This document shows, piece after piece, positions 10,323-21,269 of a stretch of 41,849 bases of DNA. This stretch comes from Octopus bimaculoides (Eukaryota), in assembly GCF_001194135.2 (NCBI RefSeq), contig NC_068991.1, positions 59,612,566-59,654,414 of the forward strand, written 5' to 3'. Under the pieces are notes generated by a model. It made no database searches, was not told where the DNA came from, and saw only the letters and a list, made by a program, of their open reading frames with translations. Positions within the stretch are counted from its first letter, which is position 1; every line of letters starts with the position of its first letter. The translations under genes were made by a program, and so were the position numbers.

Positions 10323-12056
10323 TTCCTGAGTTAGTGTGATTTTGATGAAGGCTTTTGCTTGCCGTTACCTTCTTTGGAATACTGTTGGCTGTTGAATCCG
10401 GTGTTGTTATTGAATTTTGTTGCTGTTGGATTATTGTTACTGTTTCGCTTACAGGCCTGTGTTTTTGTTTGTTTTTCCTTTCCCCATTTTGGGGTAAAGA
10501 GTGTTGAAAAAAATGGAGTGTTCGCTAGAACAGATTCATGCCGGGAGTTATGCATCAGCGGCAGAAAGTCGCACTACCAACGCGACGAATTCGCTGGAGG
10601 TACGAGAGGTAGAGATCGATCTGGAGAAGCTAGAAAGTCACAAGGAGCTACTCCAGAAGGAGGAGGAAAGTTCAAGGTTAACCCCTCTAGAAAGTGACCA
10701 ACAGTATTAGGAAAAGGAAGTGTTCTACAGAATGCTGTCCTTAACTAGTAAGAAGATAGAGATGGCGTCGGAAGAGGCCATCGAAAAATGCCTGGAAAGT
10801 GTCAAAAAAGTAGCAACGTTCTACACCAGAGGAAGAAGGTGAGGTTTGCCACTGAAGAAGAGGCAAGAAATCATTCTACTGTGCTTCTAAGGTCACAAGA
10901 ATGGGTACTCCTGCCGACCTACTGCGGTAAAAGAGTTGCAACGATCAGAATAGACAAGGTGCCGCCTGAAATAGAGGAGGCGTGGCTGGTAGCAGCCGTG
11001 AGATAGGAAAGGAAGGATGCTAAGATCTTGCAGGTAATAAGAACCAAGAAAGTGAACTGACGGAGTTACGGTCTGGAAACGGTGATCCAGGCCTCCCAAG
11101 ACGACTTAAACCAAATAGCGGAGTGGGTGTTACTTCCAGATGACAGAAAACTGAGAGTGGTAGTAGAGGGTCGACCACCACCTGCTACCACTGCGGAGAA
11201 AAAGGCACATCAAAGTAAAGTAACCAGTTGAACAACGAAGCGATGGAAAACCGGAGTGAACCAAGGAGGAATGCAGAAATGACTGCCCCTGCCCAGGAAA
11301 AAAAACACAGAGGACGCAGTCGAGGAGGAGTTCATCGAGGTTGCAAGAAGAAAGAGAGGAGGAACAGCGGGTTCGCCCCCGAAAACCAATTAAAAGAGGA
11401 GGAAGGAAAAGAGCAGTACAGAGGCTGGGGTATATAATTTATTAGACCTACTTGCGCAGTACAAATCACCACCAGAAACACCACAAAAGAGAGAAACCAT
11501 CCTAGATAGCCCCAGCTCACTAGATAGAGAAACAACCACATATGCAGACAGGCACAACACACAGCCCCTCAAAATCCCCAGAAAACACATAATGACATAC
11601 ACAATGACATACACAAAAAGCACGGCAATTGAGCGCAAGATCACCAAAATTAAGTCGGTAATCAGAGTGAAACTGCCAGCTGAAAAAAACAAAAAAAGGT
11701 ATTCTGATTGACAAGGAAAAATACACAAAGTTGAAAGAACAGTTTGATTCGAACATTGACACATTGAGATCGGAGGTAGATTACGATACCCTACCTCCGG
11801 TCGTGGACTACGACGATCTAATGACATACGTCATCCGACAAAGTAAGCAAAATATACGATTAAAATAAGATTTTAAAACTTTTAAAAAAAACAGCTAAAT
11901 GTAACCATTCGAGAGTGGGGCTCGAGTGGCCATTTCACCCCCATTATCGTGTAAATTCACCTTCGTTTGTCTTATGTTTTTCCCCCACTTTTCACGGTTT
12001 TGTTTGTCCTTGTGCTGTTCCCTCTTCGTAAGACCCTTAGTGGTCAATAAAGAAAT
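10323..12056 (+). mobile_element. ORF1/gag-only non-LTR retroelement (half-LINE-like), ORF disrupted
   Basis: T-rich leader, then a broken frame from ATG 10513 to ~11870: RRM-like RIDKVPPEIEEAWL..., VVVEGRPP followed by the zinc knuckle CYHCGEKGHIK (from 11183), and a basic region. Short 3' UTR ends AATAAAGAAAT. No APE or RT motifs. A perfect direct repeat TTGTTACAATCAT lies at 10310-10322 and 12057-12069. Confidence 0.7.
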
Positions 12057-12069
12057 TTGTTACAATCAT

Positions 12070-12697
12070 CTCTGACAGAATTCGTTGTGAATTTCGTTTG
12101 TGTGTCGTTCGAGAGGTTAGTGAGGGATTGTCGAATTATATTTGTTATTAATTGTTGTCTCTTGAGACTCTTCTTTTGTTACCTTACGGCGGTTTTGTTA
12201 ACGCTGTCTCCTTGTTTGATGGGGGAAGCGCATTACTTGTGTCTTCATGATGTATTAAAATTAAAAATTTTCAGACGTAACGGCGTCTGAAGAAGAATTA
12301 CTGAAAAGTCTGGAGAGTGCAGACCAGTAGATAGGGGGAAAAAATGAAGGTGGAAAAAAATGAACTTTGCAGCTGCGGCTGAGGAAAAAGTGAAGAAATT
12401 TATTTTAGGAAGGTGGACTTTAAAAAGTACAAGGAAATCCTGCGAAGGGAGGGGCACGAGGTAAAAGTGGTAGTTTCTAGTGAAGTTGCAAGGGACACAC
12501 AAACAAAGACAGTAATATACAGAACGTATAGTGTGGAGGTAAATAAAATAGAAATAGTGACAAAAATGCAAGTAGAGAAGGCTCTGAGATCCATCTGGCA
12601 GGATGTCACCTACCTTGCCAGAGGGAGAAAATACACTACCATGGGGGTGCGATTTGCATCCGAAGAGAAGGCCAGGCAACATTCAGTAGCTTCCCTG
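12070..12697 (+). mobile_element. Diverged paralogue of the ORF1-only element (5' part), truncated
   Basis: DFKKYKEILRRE...TVIYRTYSVEVNKIE...TYLARGRK...VRFASEEKARQHS aligns with EKLESHKELLQKE...EVFYRMLSLTSKKIE...TFYTRGRR...VRFATEEEARNHS of the upstream element. Confidence 0.75.
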
Positions 12698-12699
12698 AA

Positions 12700-13043
12700 T
12701 TTTATCAAGAAGCCAGTGTGTAAAAAAATTCATAAGGGAAATTTCTATTCCCAAGAATATAATTATTCGTTTATATTTATATAATGGGCATTACTACAGA
12801 AAAATAATGCCACACACTGGACTTCTCAAAATGACCACATTTAGTACCGAATGCGAGGAAAAACAACCAACAGAAGACGACCAACTTTCTTTTAAATAAC
12901 TCAACTATGTATCGACCGATTTCGCGATTACTAGAATGAATCTAGATTTCGCTCATCAGCATAGTATTGTTCCAAAAATATATATAGATAAACAGAATTC
13001 TCACCTCACCAAAAACGAACACACTACGTATCCGACAGAGTAA
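12700..13043 (-). mobile_element. Penelope-type terminal-repeat remnant carrying a hammerhead
   Basis: Interrupts the ORF1 paralogue, contains a canonical hammerhead motif, and has a second fragment at 8701-8739. Confidence 0.55.
12904..12965 (-). ncRNA. Type I hammerhead ribozyme with canonical core
   Basis: Minus strand ACTATG-CTGATGA-GCGAaatCTAGAttcatTCTAGtaaTCGC-GAAA-TCGGTCGA-TA-CATAGT. Perfect 6-bp stem I, G-C closure of stem II, AUA triplet. Confidence 0.85.
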
Positions 13044-13920
13044 NNNNNNNNNNNNNNNNNNNNNNNNNNNNNNNNNNNNNNNNNNNNNNNNNNNNNNNNN
13101 NNNNNNNNNNNNNNNNNNNNNNNNNNNNNNNNNNNNNNNNNNNNNNNNNNNNNNNNNNNNNNNNNNNNNNNNNNNNNNNNNNNNNNNNNNNNNNNNNNNN
13201 NNNNNNNNNNNNNNNNNNNNNNNNNNNNNNNNNNNNNNNNNNNNNNNNNNNNNNNNNNNNNNNNNNNNNNNNNNNNNNNNNNNNNNNNNNNNNNNNNNNN
13301 NNNNNNNNNNNNNNNNNNNNNNNNNNNNNNNNNNNNNNNNNNNNNNNNNNNNNNNNNNNNNNNNNNNNNNNNNNNNNNNNNNNNNNNNNNNNNNNNNNNN
13401 NNNNNNNNNNNNNNNNNNNNNNNNNNNNNNNNNNNNNNNNNNNNNNNNNNNNNNNNNNNNNNNNNNNNNNNNNNNNNNNNNNNNNNNNNNNNNNNNNNNN
13501 NNNNNNNNNNNNNNNNNNNNNNNNNNNNNNNNNNNNNNNNNNNNNNNNNNNNNNNNNNNNNNNNNNNNNNNNNNNNNNNNNNNNNNNNNNNNNNNNNNNN
13601 NNNNNNNNNNNNNNNNNNNNNNNNNNNNNNNNNNNNNNNNNNNNNNNNNNNNNNNNNNNNNNNNNNNNNNNNNNNNNNNNNNNNNNNNNNNNNNNNNNNN
13701 NNNNNNNNNNNNNNNNNNNNNNNNNNNNNNNNNNNNNNNNNNNNNNNNNNNNNNNNNNNNNNNNNNNNNNNNNNNNNNNNNNNNNNNNNNNNNNNNNNNN
13801 NNNNNNNNNNNNNNNNNNNNNNNNNNNNNNNNNNNNNNNNNNNNNNNNNNNNNNNNNNNNNNNNNNNNNNNNNNNNNNNNNNNNNNNNNNNNNNNNNNNN
13901 NNNNNNNNNNNNNNNNNNNN

Positions 13921-13977
<57 letters not shown>

Positions 13978-14329
13978 TATGTTAAAGTCCACCCTGGCAA
14001 GAAATGTGGAAGAGACATGACCAAGAGGTCGTCTAATACGTTTGTAGACTGATAACATTTAATTGAATAGAAACAACATCCTGGCTGATTGCATGCAGCA
14101 CAACACACAGGAAGAATCTAACTCTGGGACGCAGAGAATGCATATGGGTGATGACTGATGATATACATACATGGTGACTCTAACTCCCTTCCCCACAATA
14201 TTATCGTTTGATTGTTCTCCAAACGGGAGAAACAGTAGAATTTCAGACTTGGTTCGGATCTACACTCTTTTGCACCGTTGTAGCAAGGATTGGTGCCTCT
14301 TACAATAAGTCTTCAAAGAGCTTACCACC

Positions 14330-14580
14330 CACGATAACACAAGCCTTCATTCAGTCATAGGATTTTTTATTGAGTGCTTGGCGTCATGGATTCAGCAAGC
14401 CATAGCATGCAACACACAATAGAGATGTTAGAAATAAAGCGTTATCCACACTTGAAGCTTTTTAAAAGACAGAAAAAAACCAATCCCTTATGATCAATTC
14501 CACTTTCTAAACCGGTCGATCTCAGTGCAATTTTTAACAGGTAAACCAGTACAACCTGTTGCAGTGTTGCGCTGTAGGCG
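14330..14580 (+). mobile_element. Possible ancient LINE reverse-transcriptase relic
   Basis: Pieced across frames: QAF.SV..RI..SAWRHGFSK and LEAFLKDRK...FLTG, reminiscent of the KAFDSV, FLxxRxQ and SGVPQG motif order. Very degenerate. Confidence 0.3.
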
Positions 14581-15033
14581 ATAAAACAACCTTACAAGCC
14601 TAGTTTGCAAAGGAAGGTGGTTTTGTTAGATATACTCATATATATATATATATATATATANNNNNNNNNNNNNNNNNNNNNNNNNNNNNNNNNNNNNNNN
14701 NNNNNNNNNNNNNNNNNNNNNNNNNNNNNNNNNNNNNNNNNNNNNNNNNNNNNNNNNNNNNNNNNNNNNNNNNNNNNNNNNNNNNNNNNNNNNNNNNNNN
14801 NNNNNNNNNNNNNNNNNNNNNNNNNNNNNNNNNNNNNNNNNNNNNNNNNNNNNNNNNNNNNNNNNNNNNNNNNNNNNNNNNNNNNNNNNNNNNNNNNNNN
14901 NNNNNNNNNNNNNNNNNNNNNNNNNNNNNNNNNNNNNNNNNNNNNNNNNNNNNNNNNNNNNNNNNNNNNNNNNNNNNNNNNNNNNNNNNNNNNNNNNNNN
15001 NNNNNNNNNNNNNNNNNNNNNNNNNNNNNNNNN

Positions 15034-15085
<52 letters not shown>

Positions 15086-15127
15086 TCACACACACATACA
15101 TATCACATCTATGTAATACACCTATTT

Positions 15128-15510
15128 TATTTGTTTCAGGCATTTGACTGCAGCCATGCTGGAGCACCGCCTTCAAGGAACTTGGTCGAACAAAGTCATT
15201 GAGACAAACAAATCGACACCACGACTTATTTCTTAAACATAGTGTTTATTCTATCGGTCTTTTAAGTTACGGGTGCATACGGCTGGCGAGTGGGGATGGT
15301 GGACAAACACAGACCACAAAGACACACACATATATTTATGCATATGTCAAGTGTACCAACGACGAGCTTCTTTCAATTTCAGTCTACCACTCTCAAGGTT
15401 TTGGTAGACCTGATGTTATAGTAAAAGACACTTGCCCAGGGTGCAAGGTGCCACACTAAACCCAGAACCATGTGGTTTGGAAGCAAGTTTCTTACCACAC
15501 AACCACACCT
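15128..15510 (-). mobile_element. SINE family A, near full length, diverged
   Basis: Runs from TTGTTTCAG...CCATGCTGGAGCACCGCC to AACCATGTGGTTTGGAAGCAAGTTTCTTACCACACAACCACACC on the plus strand. Confidence 0.85.
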
Positions 15511-15514
15511 TAGA

Positions 15515-15808
15515 TATAAATACACGCATACACATATAGACACACATATATATAAGCATATATATAAACATACATACATATATGTATACATGCATGCATA
15601 TATATGTGTGTATGCATGCATATATACGTACATATATGTATACTTGCATATACCCATGTATTTACCCATGCATATACACATATATGTATCCATGCATATA
15701 CACATGTATGCACCCATACATATACACATACATGTATTCATACATACACGCATACATATAAACACACACAACTACAAACACACACACACAAATATAAACA
15801 CACACACA

Positions 15809-15858
<50 letters not shown>
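15515..15858. repeat. Compound (AT)/(AC)/(CATA) low-complexity tract
   Basis: Directly visible; source of several spurious ORFs. Confidence 0.9.
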
Positions 15859-15861
<3 letters not shown>

Positions 15862-16619
15862 ATTCAAGTAATCCGGTAGTACTCATAAAAACAGCTCTTT
15901 GAGGAGTGTACAAAATCATAAATGACAGAAAAACAGTCTCGTGAAATTTTATTTAACAATAGGAAAATTCTAATATCTCGACAAATTATTATTATTATTT
16001 TATATTTTCCCTCTGTTTATGAACTTTTATTTTCTAAATTTTTAGTAATAAATATATCTCTTTTCTTTTATTGTACTAATATCATAATATCTACTAATGA
16101 CTTCTTAATCTATATACTACTAAAACTGTCTGATTGCTTGCTTGTCTATCATTTAATACAGCCAAACTATGAATTAAACTACCCCTGAAGTGTGAATACA
16201 AACGGAATAAAACAAGCTTCGCGTAAGTCGGACAACGGGAATCTAAGATATGGGAGTGGGGGTGTTCATAAATGCCCAAAACGGTTCATGAGAAAATACT
16301 ATAACCCTGAAAGGGAGGAAACTCTAACCTTTCGACTAGAGACGTGATCAATGTCTTCTATATTTTGAAGAGAAACTTCACGACCTGTACAAAAGTCTTA
16401 CCAACGAAAAAATAAGAGTTGTTTTTATAGTAAATGCTTCGATCTTCACTTTTGTTAAACAAAATATTTTAATAATTTAGAAATATTTTTAAGTGAATGT
16501 GATTTCAAAAATACAAGTTGTCTGTACAGTAAGTATTTATATTTTAACTTCCTTTAAACAGACAATATTTCAATTTTTTTTTTATGATTTTCAAGTGAAT
16601 ATCATTACAAAAACTTCTT

Positions 16620-16655
<36 letters not shown>

Positions 16656-17718
16656 TTAGGGACAAAATCCAAAATTACAGGTAAAAACTCAATTAAAATC
16701 AATTTATAAAAAATTAAAATTAAATTGAGCTTTATAGATAAAATATATATAAAATATATAGTTTTAGGGAAAATAACCAAGTTTCAAGAACTCATCGATG
16801 AAAATCCACTATCACATATAGAAAAATTAATAATTAAAAGCACAATAATTGAGTATAATATAAAGTAAAGTAAATATCATAAGATAAATATAATATTATA
16901 TTTATCTTATATTTACTTTACTTTATATTNNNNNNNNNNNNNNNNNNNNNNNNNNNNNNNNNNNNNNNNNNNNNNNNNNNNNNNNNNNNNNNNNNNNNNN
17001 NNNNNNNNNNNNNNNNNNNNNNNNNNNNNNNNNNNNNNNNNNNNNNNNNNNNNNNNNNNNNNNNNNNNNNNNNNNNNNNNNNNNNNNNNNNNNNNNNNNN
17101 NNNNNNNNNNNNNNNNNNNNNNNNNNNNNNNNNNNNNNNNNNNNNNNNNNNNNNNNNNNNNNNNNNNNNNNNNNNNNNNNNNNNNNNNNNNNNNNNNNNN
17201 NNNNNNNNNNNNNNNNNNNNNNNNNNNNNNNNNNNNNNNNNNNNNNNNNNNNNNNNNNNNNNNNNNNNNNNNNNNNNNNNNNNNNNNNNNNNNNNNNNNN
17301 NNNNNNNNNNNNNNNNNNNNNNNNNNNNNNNNNNNNNNNNNNNNNNNNNNNNNNNNNNNNNNNNNNNNNNNNNNNNNNNNNNNNNNNNNNNNNNNNNNNN
17401 NNNNNNNNNNNNNNNNNNNNNNNNNNNNNNNNNNNNNNNNNNNNNNNNNNNNNNNNNNNNNNNNNNNNNNNNNNNNNNNNNNNNNNNNNNNNNNNNNNNN
17501 NNNNNNNNNNNNNNNNNNNNNNNNNNNNNNNNNNNNNNNNNNNNNNNNNNNNNNNNNNNNNNNNNNNNNNNNNNNNNNNNNNNNNNNNNNNNNNNNNNNN
17601 NNNNNNNNNNNNNNNNNNNNNNNNNNNNNNNNNNGTGCGTTGGGTTTTGAGCCATTCAGGTTCCTAGAATATTAGAAATGAAATGTGAAAAAAAAAGAAA
17701 AAATTAATAATAATAGTA

Positions 17719-17764
<46 letters not shown>

Positions 17765-17772
<8 letters not shown>

Positions 17773-18010
17773 TCCTTTTTTTGGCCACAAGGGCTAGTAT
17801 AAATCAAAACATTAAAGGAAAACACAAGACGATATACAAAGGGTTTTGCAAAGAAAACATCCTTGTAAATATTTGATAACAATAAAACAATGTAACGAGT
17901 AAAAATCTCCCAATAGGGAGAGGTGCTTTAAAGGTTACTCATGGAAAACCCCTTAAAAGCCACGGGTCCCTTAGACACAGGGTAAGTGCCCTTCTCCTTT
18001 TATACCTTTT
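17765..18010 (-). mobile_element. Probable LINE 3' end with (TTA)n tail
   Basis: Minus strand ends GCCCTTGTGGCCAAAAAAAGGAATTATTATT..., resembling the CCCTTGTGG-CAATAAAGAAAT tail at ~12036-12056 and ~38687-38710. Confidence 0.5.
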
Positions 18011-18040
18011 TTTCACAAGTGATCCACACAGTACTTACAG

Positions 18041-18157
18041 TTACGTGAAATGAAGTGTTTTGCTCAAGAACACAACGTGCTACTCGGTCCGGGAACTGAA
18101 CCCACAACCTAGCAATCATAAGTGCAACACCCTAACCATGAGGCCACGCGCCTTCAC
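18041..18157 (-). mobile_element. SINE family C, head fragment
   Basis: Minus strand GTGAAGGCGCGTGGCCTCATGGTTAGGGTG...GTTCAGTTCCCGG...TTCTTGAGCAAAACACTTCATTTCACG, with tRNA A- and B-box-like motifs. Confidence 0.75.
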
Positions 18158-18529
18158 AATAATAATTCGACAATTCCCTGATTATTCTTATTGTCACGAT
18201 AAAGCGTCCCCGCTTACCTGTATTTCCCGGTTTACAGGTGCACGCTGCTCATCCAAGAGAAAGTAACTCCATACAAATCTTACATCCCGGGCTTGTAGCC
18301 GTTGCTACTCAACACCAATACAAATTTAAAGTATCTTAGAAACTGAAATAAATTCCTGTCTGGTGTGTCTGTAGGCTCGAGACTTGATTTAACCATTTTG
18401 TTGTTTGTTTTGTCTTTTATTTAATTTTTTTTTCCTGTCAAACTTTTATTCCCTTTTTTTAGAAGAATAACAACCCAGAAAAGTTAGTTCCCTCTTCTTC
18501 CCATGGTACTTGAAATTATCCAAATTTTT

Positions 18530-18725
18530 ATTTGATTCATTTATTGGACTGTGGCCATGCTGGGTTACCGCCTTGAAGGATTTAGTCGAACAAATCGACC
18601 TCAATACTTATTTTTAGAAAAGTTTAGTGCATATTCTATCGGTGGCTTTTACTGAACCACTAAGTTACGGAAACACAAACAAACCAGCTTCAGTTTTCAA
18701 ACGATGTGTGGACACACAAAACACG
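18530..18725 (-). mobile_element. SINE family A, 3' half
   Basis: GGCCATGCTGGGTTACCGCCTTGAAGGATTTAGTCGAACAAATCGACC on the plus strand. Confidence 0.8.
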
Positions 18726-18735
18726 CCCATAAATT

Positions 18736-18774
<39 letters not shown>

Positions 18775-18804
18775 CAAAAAAGCAACACGGATTTTAAAGG
18801 TTAT

Positions 18805-18892
18805 TGCAGTACGCACGTTTCATGCTACTCCGTTTATTTAAGTAATGCGAACATTACATTAAATGCAAAATGTAGAGCAATCTTCAGCTGCA
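18805..18892 (-). ncRNA. Type I hammerhead ribozyme motif with intact core boxes
   Basis: Minus strand TGCAG-CTGAAGA-TTGCTCTAC...GTAGCAT-GAAA-CGTGCG-TA-CTGCA. 5-bp stem I, near-palindromic stem III, GUA triplet. The first stem II pair is a U-U mismatch. Confidence 0.75.
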
Positions 18893-19749
18893 CAAGAATG
18901 TAGAAAATTACAGCAGAACGGACATATTACTATTGTGGCAACATTTAAAATCTAAGGATTTTTATGTATTCTTCTTNNNNNNNNNNNNNNNNNNNNNNNN
19001 NNNNNNNNNNNNNNNNNNNNNNNNNNNNNNNNNNNNNNNNNNNNNNNNNNNNNNNNNNNNNNNNNNNNNNNNNNNNNNNNNNNNNNNNNNNNNNNNNNNN
19101 NNNNNNNNNNNNNNNNNNNNNNNNNNNNNNNNNNNNNNNNNNNNNNNNNNNNNNNNNNNNNNNNNNNNNNNNNNNNNNNNNNNNNNNNNNNNNNNNNNNN
19201 NNNNNNNNNNNNNNNNNNNNNNNNNNNNNNNNNNNNNNNNNNNNNNNNNNNNNNNNNNNNNNNNNNNNNNNNNNNNNNNNNNNNNNNNNNNNNNNNNNNN
19301 NNNNNNNNNNNNNNNNNNNNNNNNNNNNNNNNNNNNNNNNNNNNNNNNNNNNNNNNNNNNNNNNNNNNNNNNNNNNNNNNNNNNNNNNNNNNNNNNNNNN
19401 NNNNNNNNNNNNNNNNNNNNNNNNNNNNNNNNNNNNNNNNNNNNNNNNNNNNNNNNNNNNNNNNNNNNNNNNNNNNNNNNNNNNNNNNNNNNNNNNNNNN
19501 NNNNNNNNNNNNNNNNNNNNNNNNNNNNNNNNNNNNNNNNNNNNNNNNNNNNNNNNNNNNNNNNNNNNNNNNNNNNNNNNNNNNNNNNNNNNNNNNNNNN
19601 NNNNNNNNNNNNNNNNNNNNNNNNNNNNNNNNNNNNNNNNNNNNNNNNNNNNNNNNNNNNNNNNNNNNNNNNNNNNNNNNNNNNNNNNNNNNNNNNNNNN
19701 NNNNNNNNNNNNNNNNNNNNNNNNNNNNNNNNNNNNNNNNNNNNNNNNN

Positions 19750-19995
19750 ATATGGACCCCACTTTTCAACTGGTACCTATTTTATCGACCCTAAAAGGAT
19801 GAAAGGCAAAGTCAACCTCGTGGAATATGCCACTAAGCATTTATACATACGACGGGCTTCTTCCAGTTTCCGTCACTCAAATTCGGTCACAAGGCATCAG
19901 TCGGCCCGAGCCAATAGTAGAAGAGCATGCCGAAGGTGTCGCGCAGTGGAGCTGAACCTGTAACCACGTAGTCACCAAGCGAATTTCTTAATACT
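19750..19995 (-). mobile_element. Adjacent SINE-B (19750-19843) and SINE-A (19845-19995) fragments
   Basis: ATCGACCCTAAAAGGATGAAAGGCAAAGTCAACC, then GACGGGCTTCTTCCAGTTTCCGTC...GCGCAGTGGAGCTGAACC. Confidence 0.75.
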
Positions 19996-20689
19996 ACTTT
20001 ATCATCACTAATGATGGTGTAGTATCGGCACAATCACTAGAACGGTCTCCAAATAGCCATGCCTACGTAGCTAAGTTATTTTTATGCTCTGACTCATGAT
20101 CTTCACTTCTTAACCACACGCCCTAACCAATACAGAGAGAAAAATTACTTTTGTCCAAATTCTTTATCACGCACCACGTAGTAAATTACATATTATTCAC
20201 ACTTTTATCAAATTTTGCCTTTTTTAACAAATTATTTCTCCATTAGGTTACCAGACGAGTAAAAAATAGATTACATAGAAAAATTCGAAATCAGCTACAC
20301 AAAAACAAAATTCAATATATATACATACACACAACTGCATTCGAAAATAGCGACAAAGCTTATTACTGTAGTTGTTTAGCTCTAGTTCAATCCAAAGCAA
20401 ACCAACCAACAAATGATGAAATACGCTCCCGCCATGACCATCTCATTTGTTTTTTGTTGGGTTTTTTATAAGTCCAATGAGTTCTTCAAGAAAAAACTCG
20501 TTAAATGTGGATTAAGGAAGATTTGACTACTAATTCAAGCAAATGAAGTAAAGGCGTATAGACTCCGACTTCTTTCAGATACATTCGACTGTAATATCGG
20601 ATTGTCGGATAAATGCGTTTTTTTTTGTTTTGTTTTTTTTTCATTGGTTGGGGTAGGATCCATCCATTTTATCCTAATAGTTTCCAATG

Positions 20690-21185
20690 TTATTTAACAG
20701 ATCTTCCCATAAATTGTTTGGATCAAGAGCGAAACTTTCCATAACATCGTGGAATCTTTGGAAGTTGCTTGGTAATTTTAAATTTGAAACATTTAGCTTT
20801 TTGGGTACCTTAGAACCAGACTGTCGACTTTTGGGCATTATCAGAAAATTCATTTTTCCACGCACTAGACGATGTTCAGTCCAGCTTTCGGCTCCTCTAG
20901 AAGCATCTTTCATATTACGCTTTCTGATCAAAATATAATCTATGAGATGCCAGTCTTTGGATCTTGGGTGCATCCAGATAGTTTTATATTAATTTTTCTG
21001 CTTAAACAGAGTGTTGGTAATAACCAGATTATTCTCAGTAAAAAATGTCAAAAGAGCTACACCATTTTTATTACATTTACATTTTCCAATCCCATGTCGG
21101 CCTAAAACCACCTTAAACAGGCCATGAACTGTAATCATTTCCAATACTTACGTTGAAATCTCTCCTAATATGACCAGTTTCCTAA
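20690..21185 (-). mobile_element. RTE-clade LINE, apurinic-endonuclease region, decayed
   Basis: KLVILG..FN, VLGRHGIGK, ENNLVITNTLFKQK, WMHPRSKDWHLIDYILIRKR, SRGAESWTEHRLVRGKM; typical RTE/BovB-like APE motifs. Confidence 0.85.
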
Positions 21186-21269
21186 TATGCACTTGCAACT
21201 TACTCTGTTTCAAACAGATTCAGTAAACGGAAAAACAAGGATTGGAAACATCAGAACAGGCCGGAGTAG

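Noticed and set aside
11900-12064. Apparent LTR (TGTAAC...AATAAA...GTTACA) making 10162-12064 an LTR/gag-only element
   Set aside because: It does not align with the 10162-10317 block, has no TGG primer-binding site or clear polypurine tract, and its 3' part matches a SINE/LINE tail. The TSD reading is simpler.
16783-16810. CATCGATGAA resembling 5.8S rRNA
   Set aside because: Only about 10 nt match, with no flanking similarity.
16857-16929. ~73-bp AT-rich near-perfect palindrome
   Set aside because: It ends exactly at a contig edge, where fold-back read artefacts are common, and is low complexity. It cannot be trusted without raw reads.
16460-16930. Very AT-rich stretch as a mitochondrial insertion (NUMT)
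   Set aside because: No recognisable mitochondrial gene, tRNA or rRNA motif.
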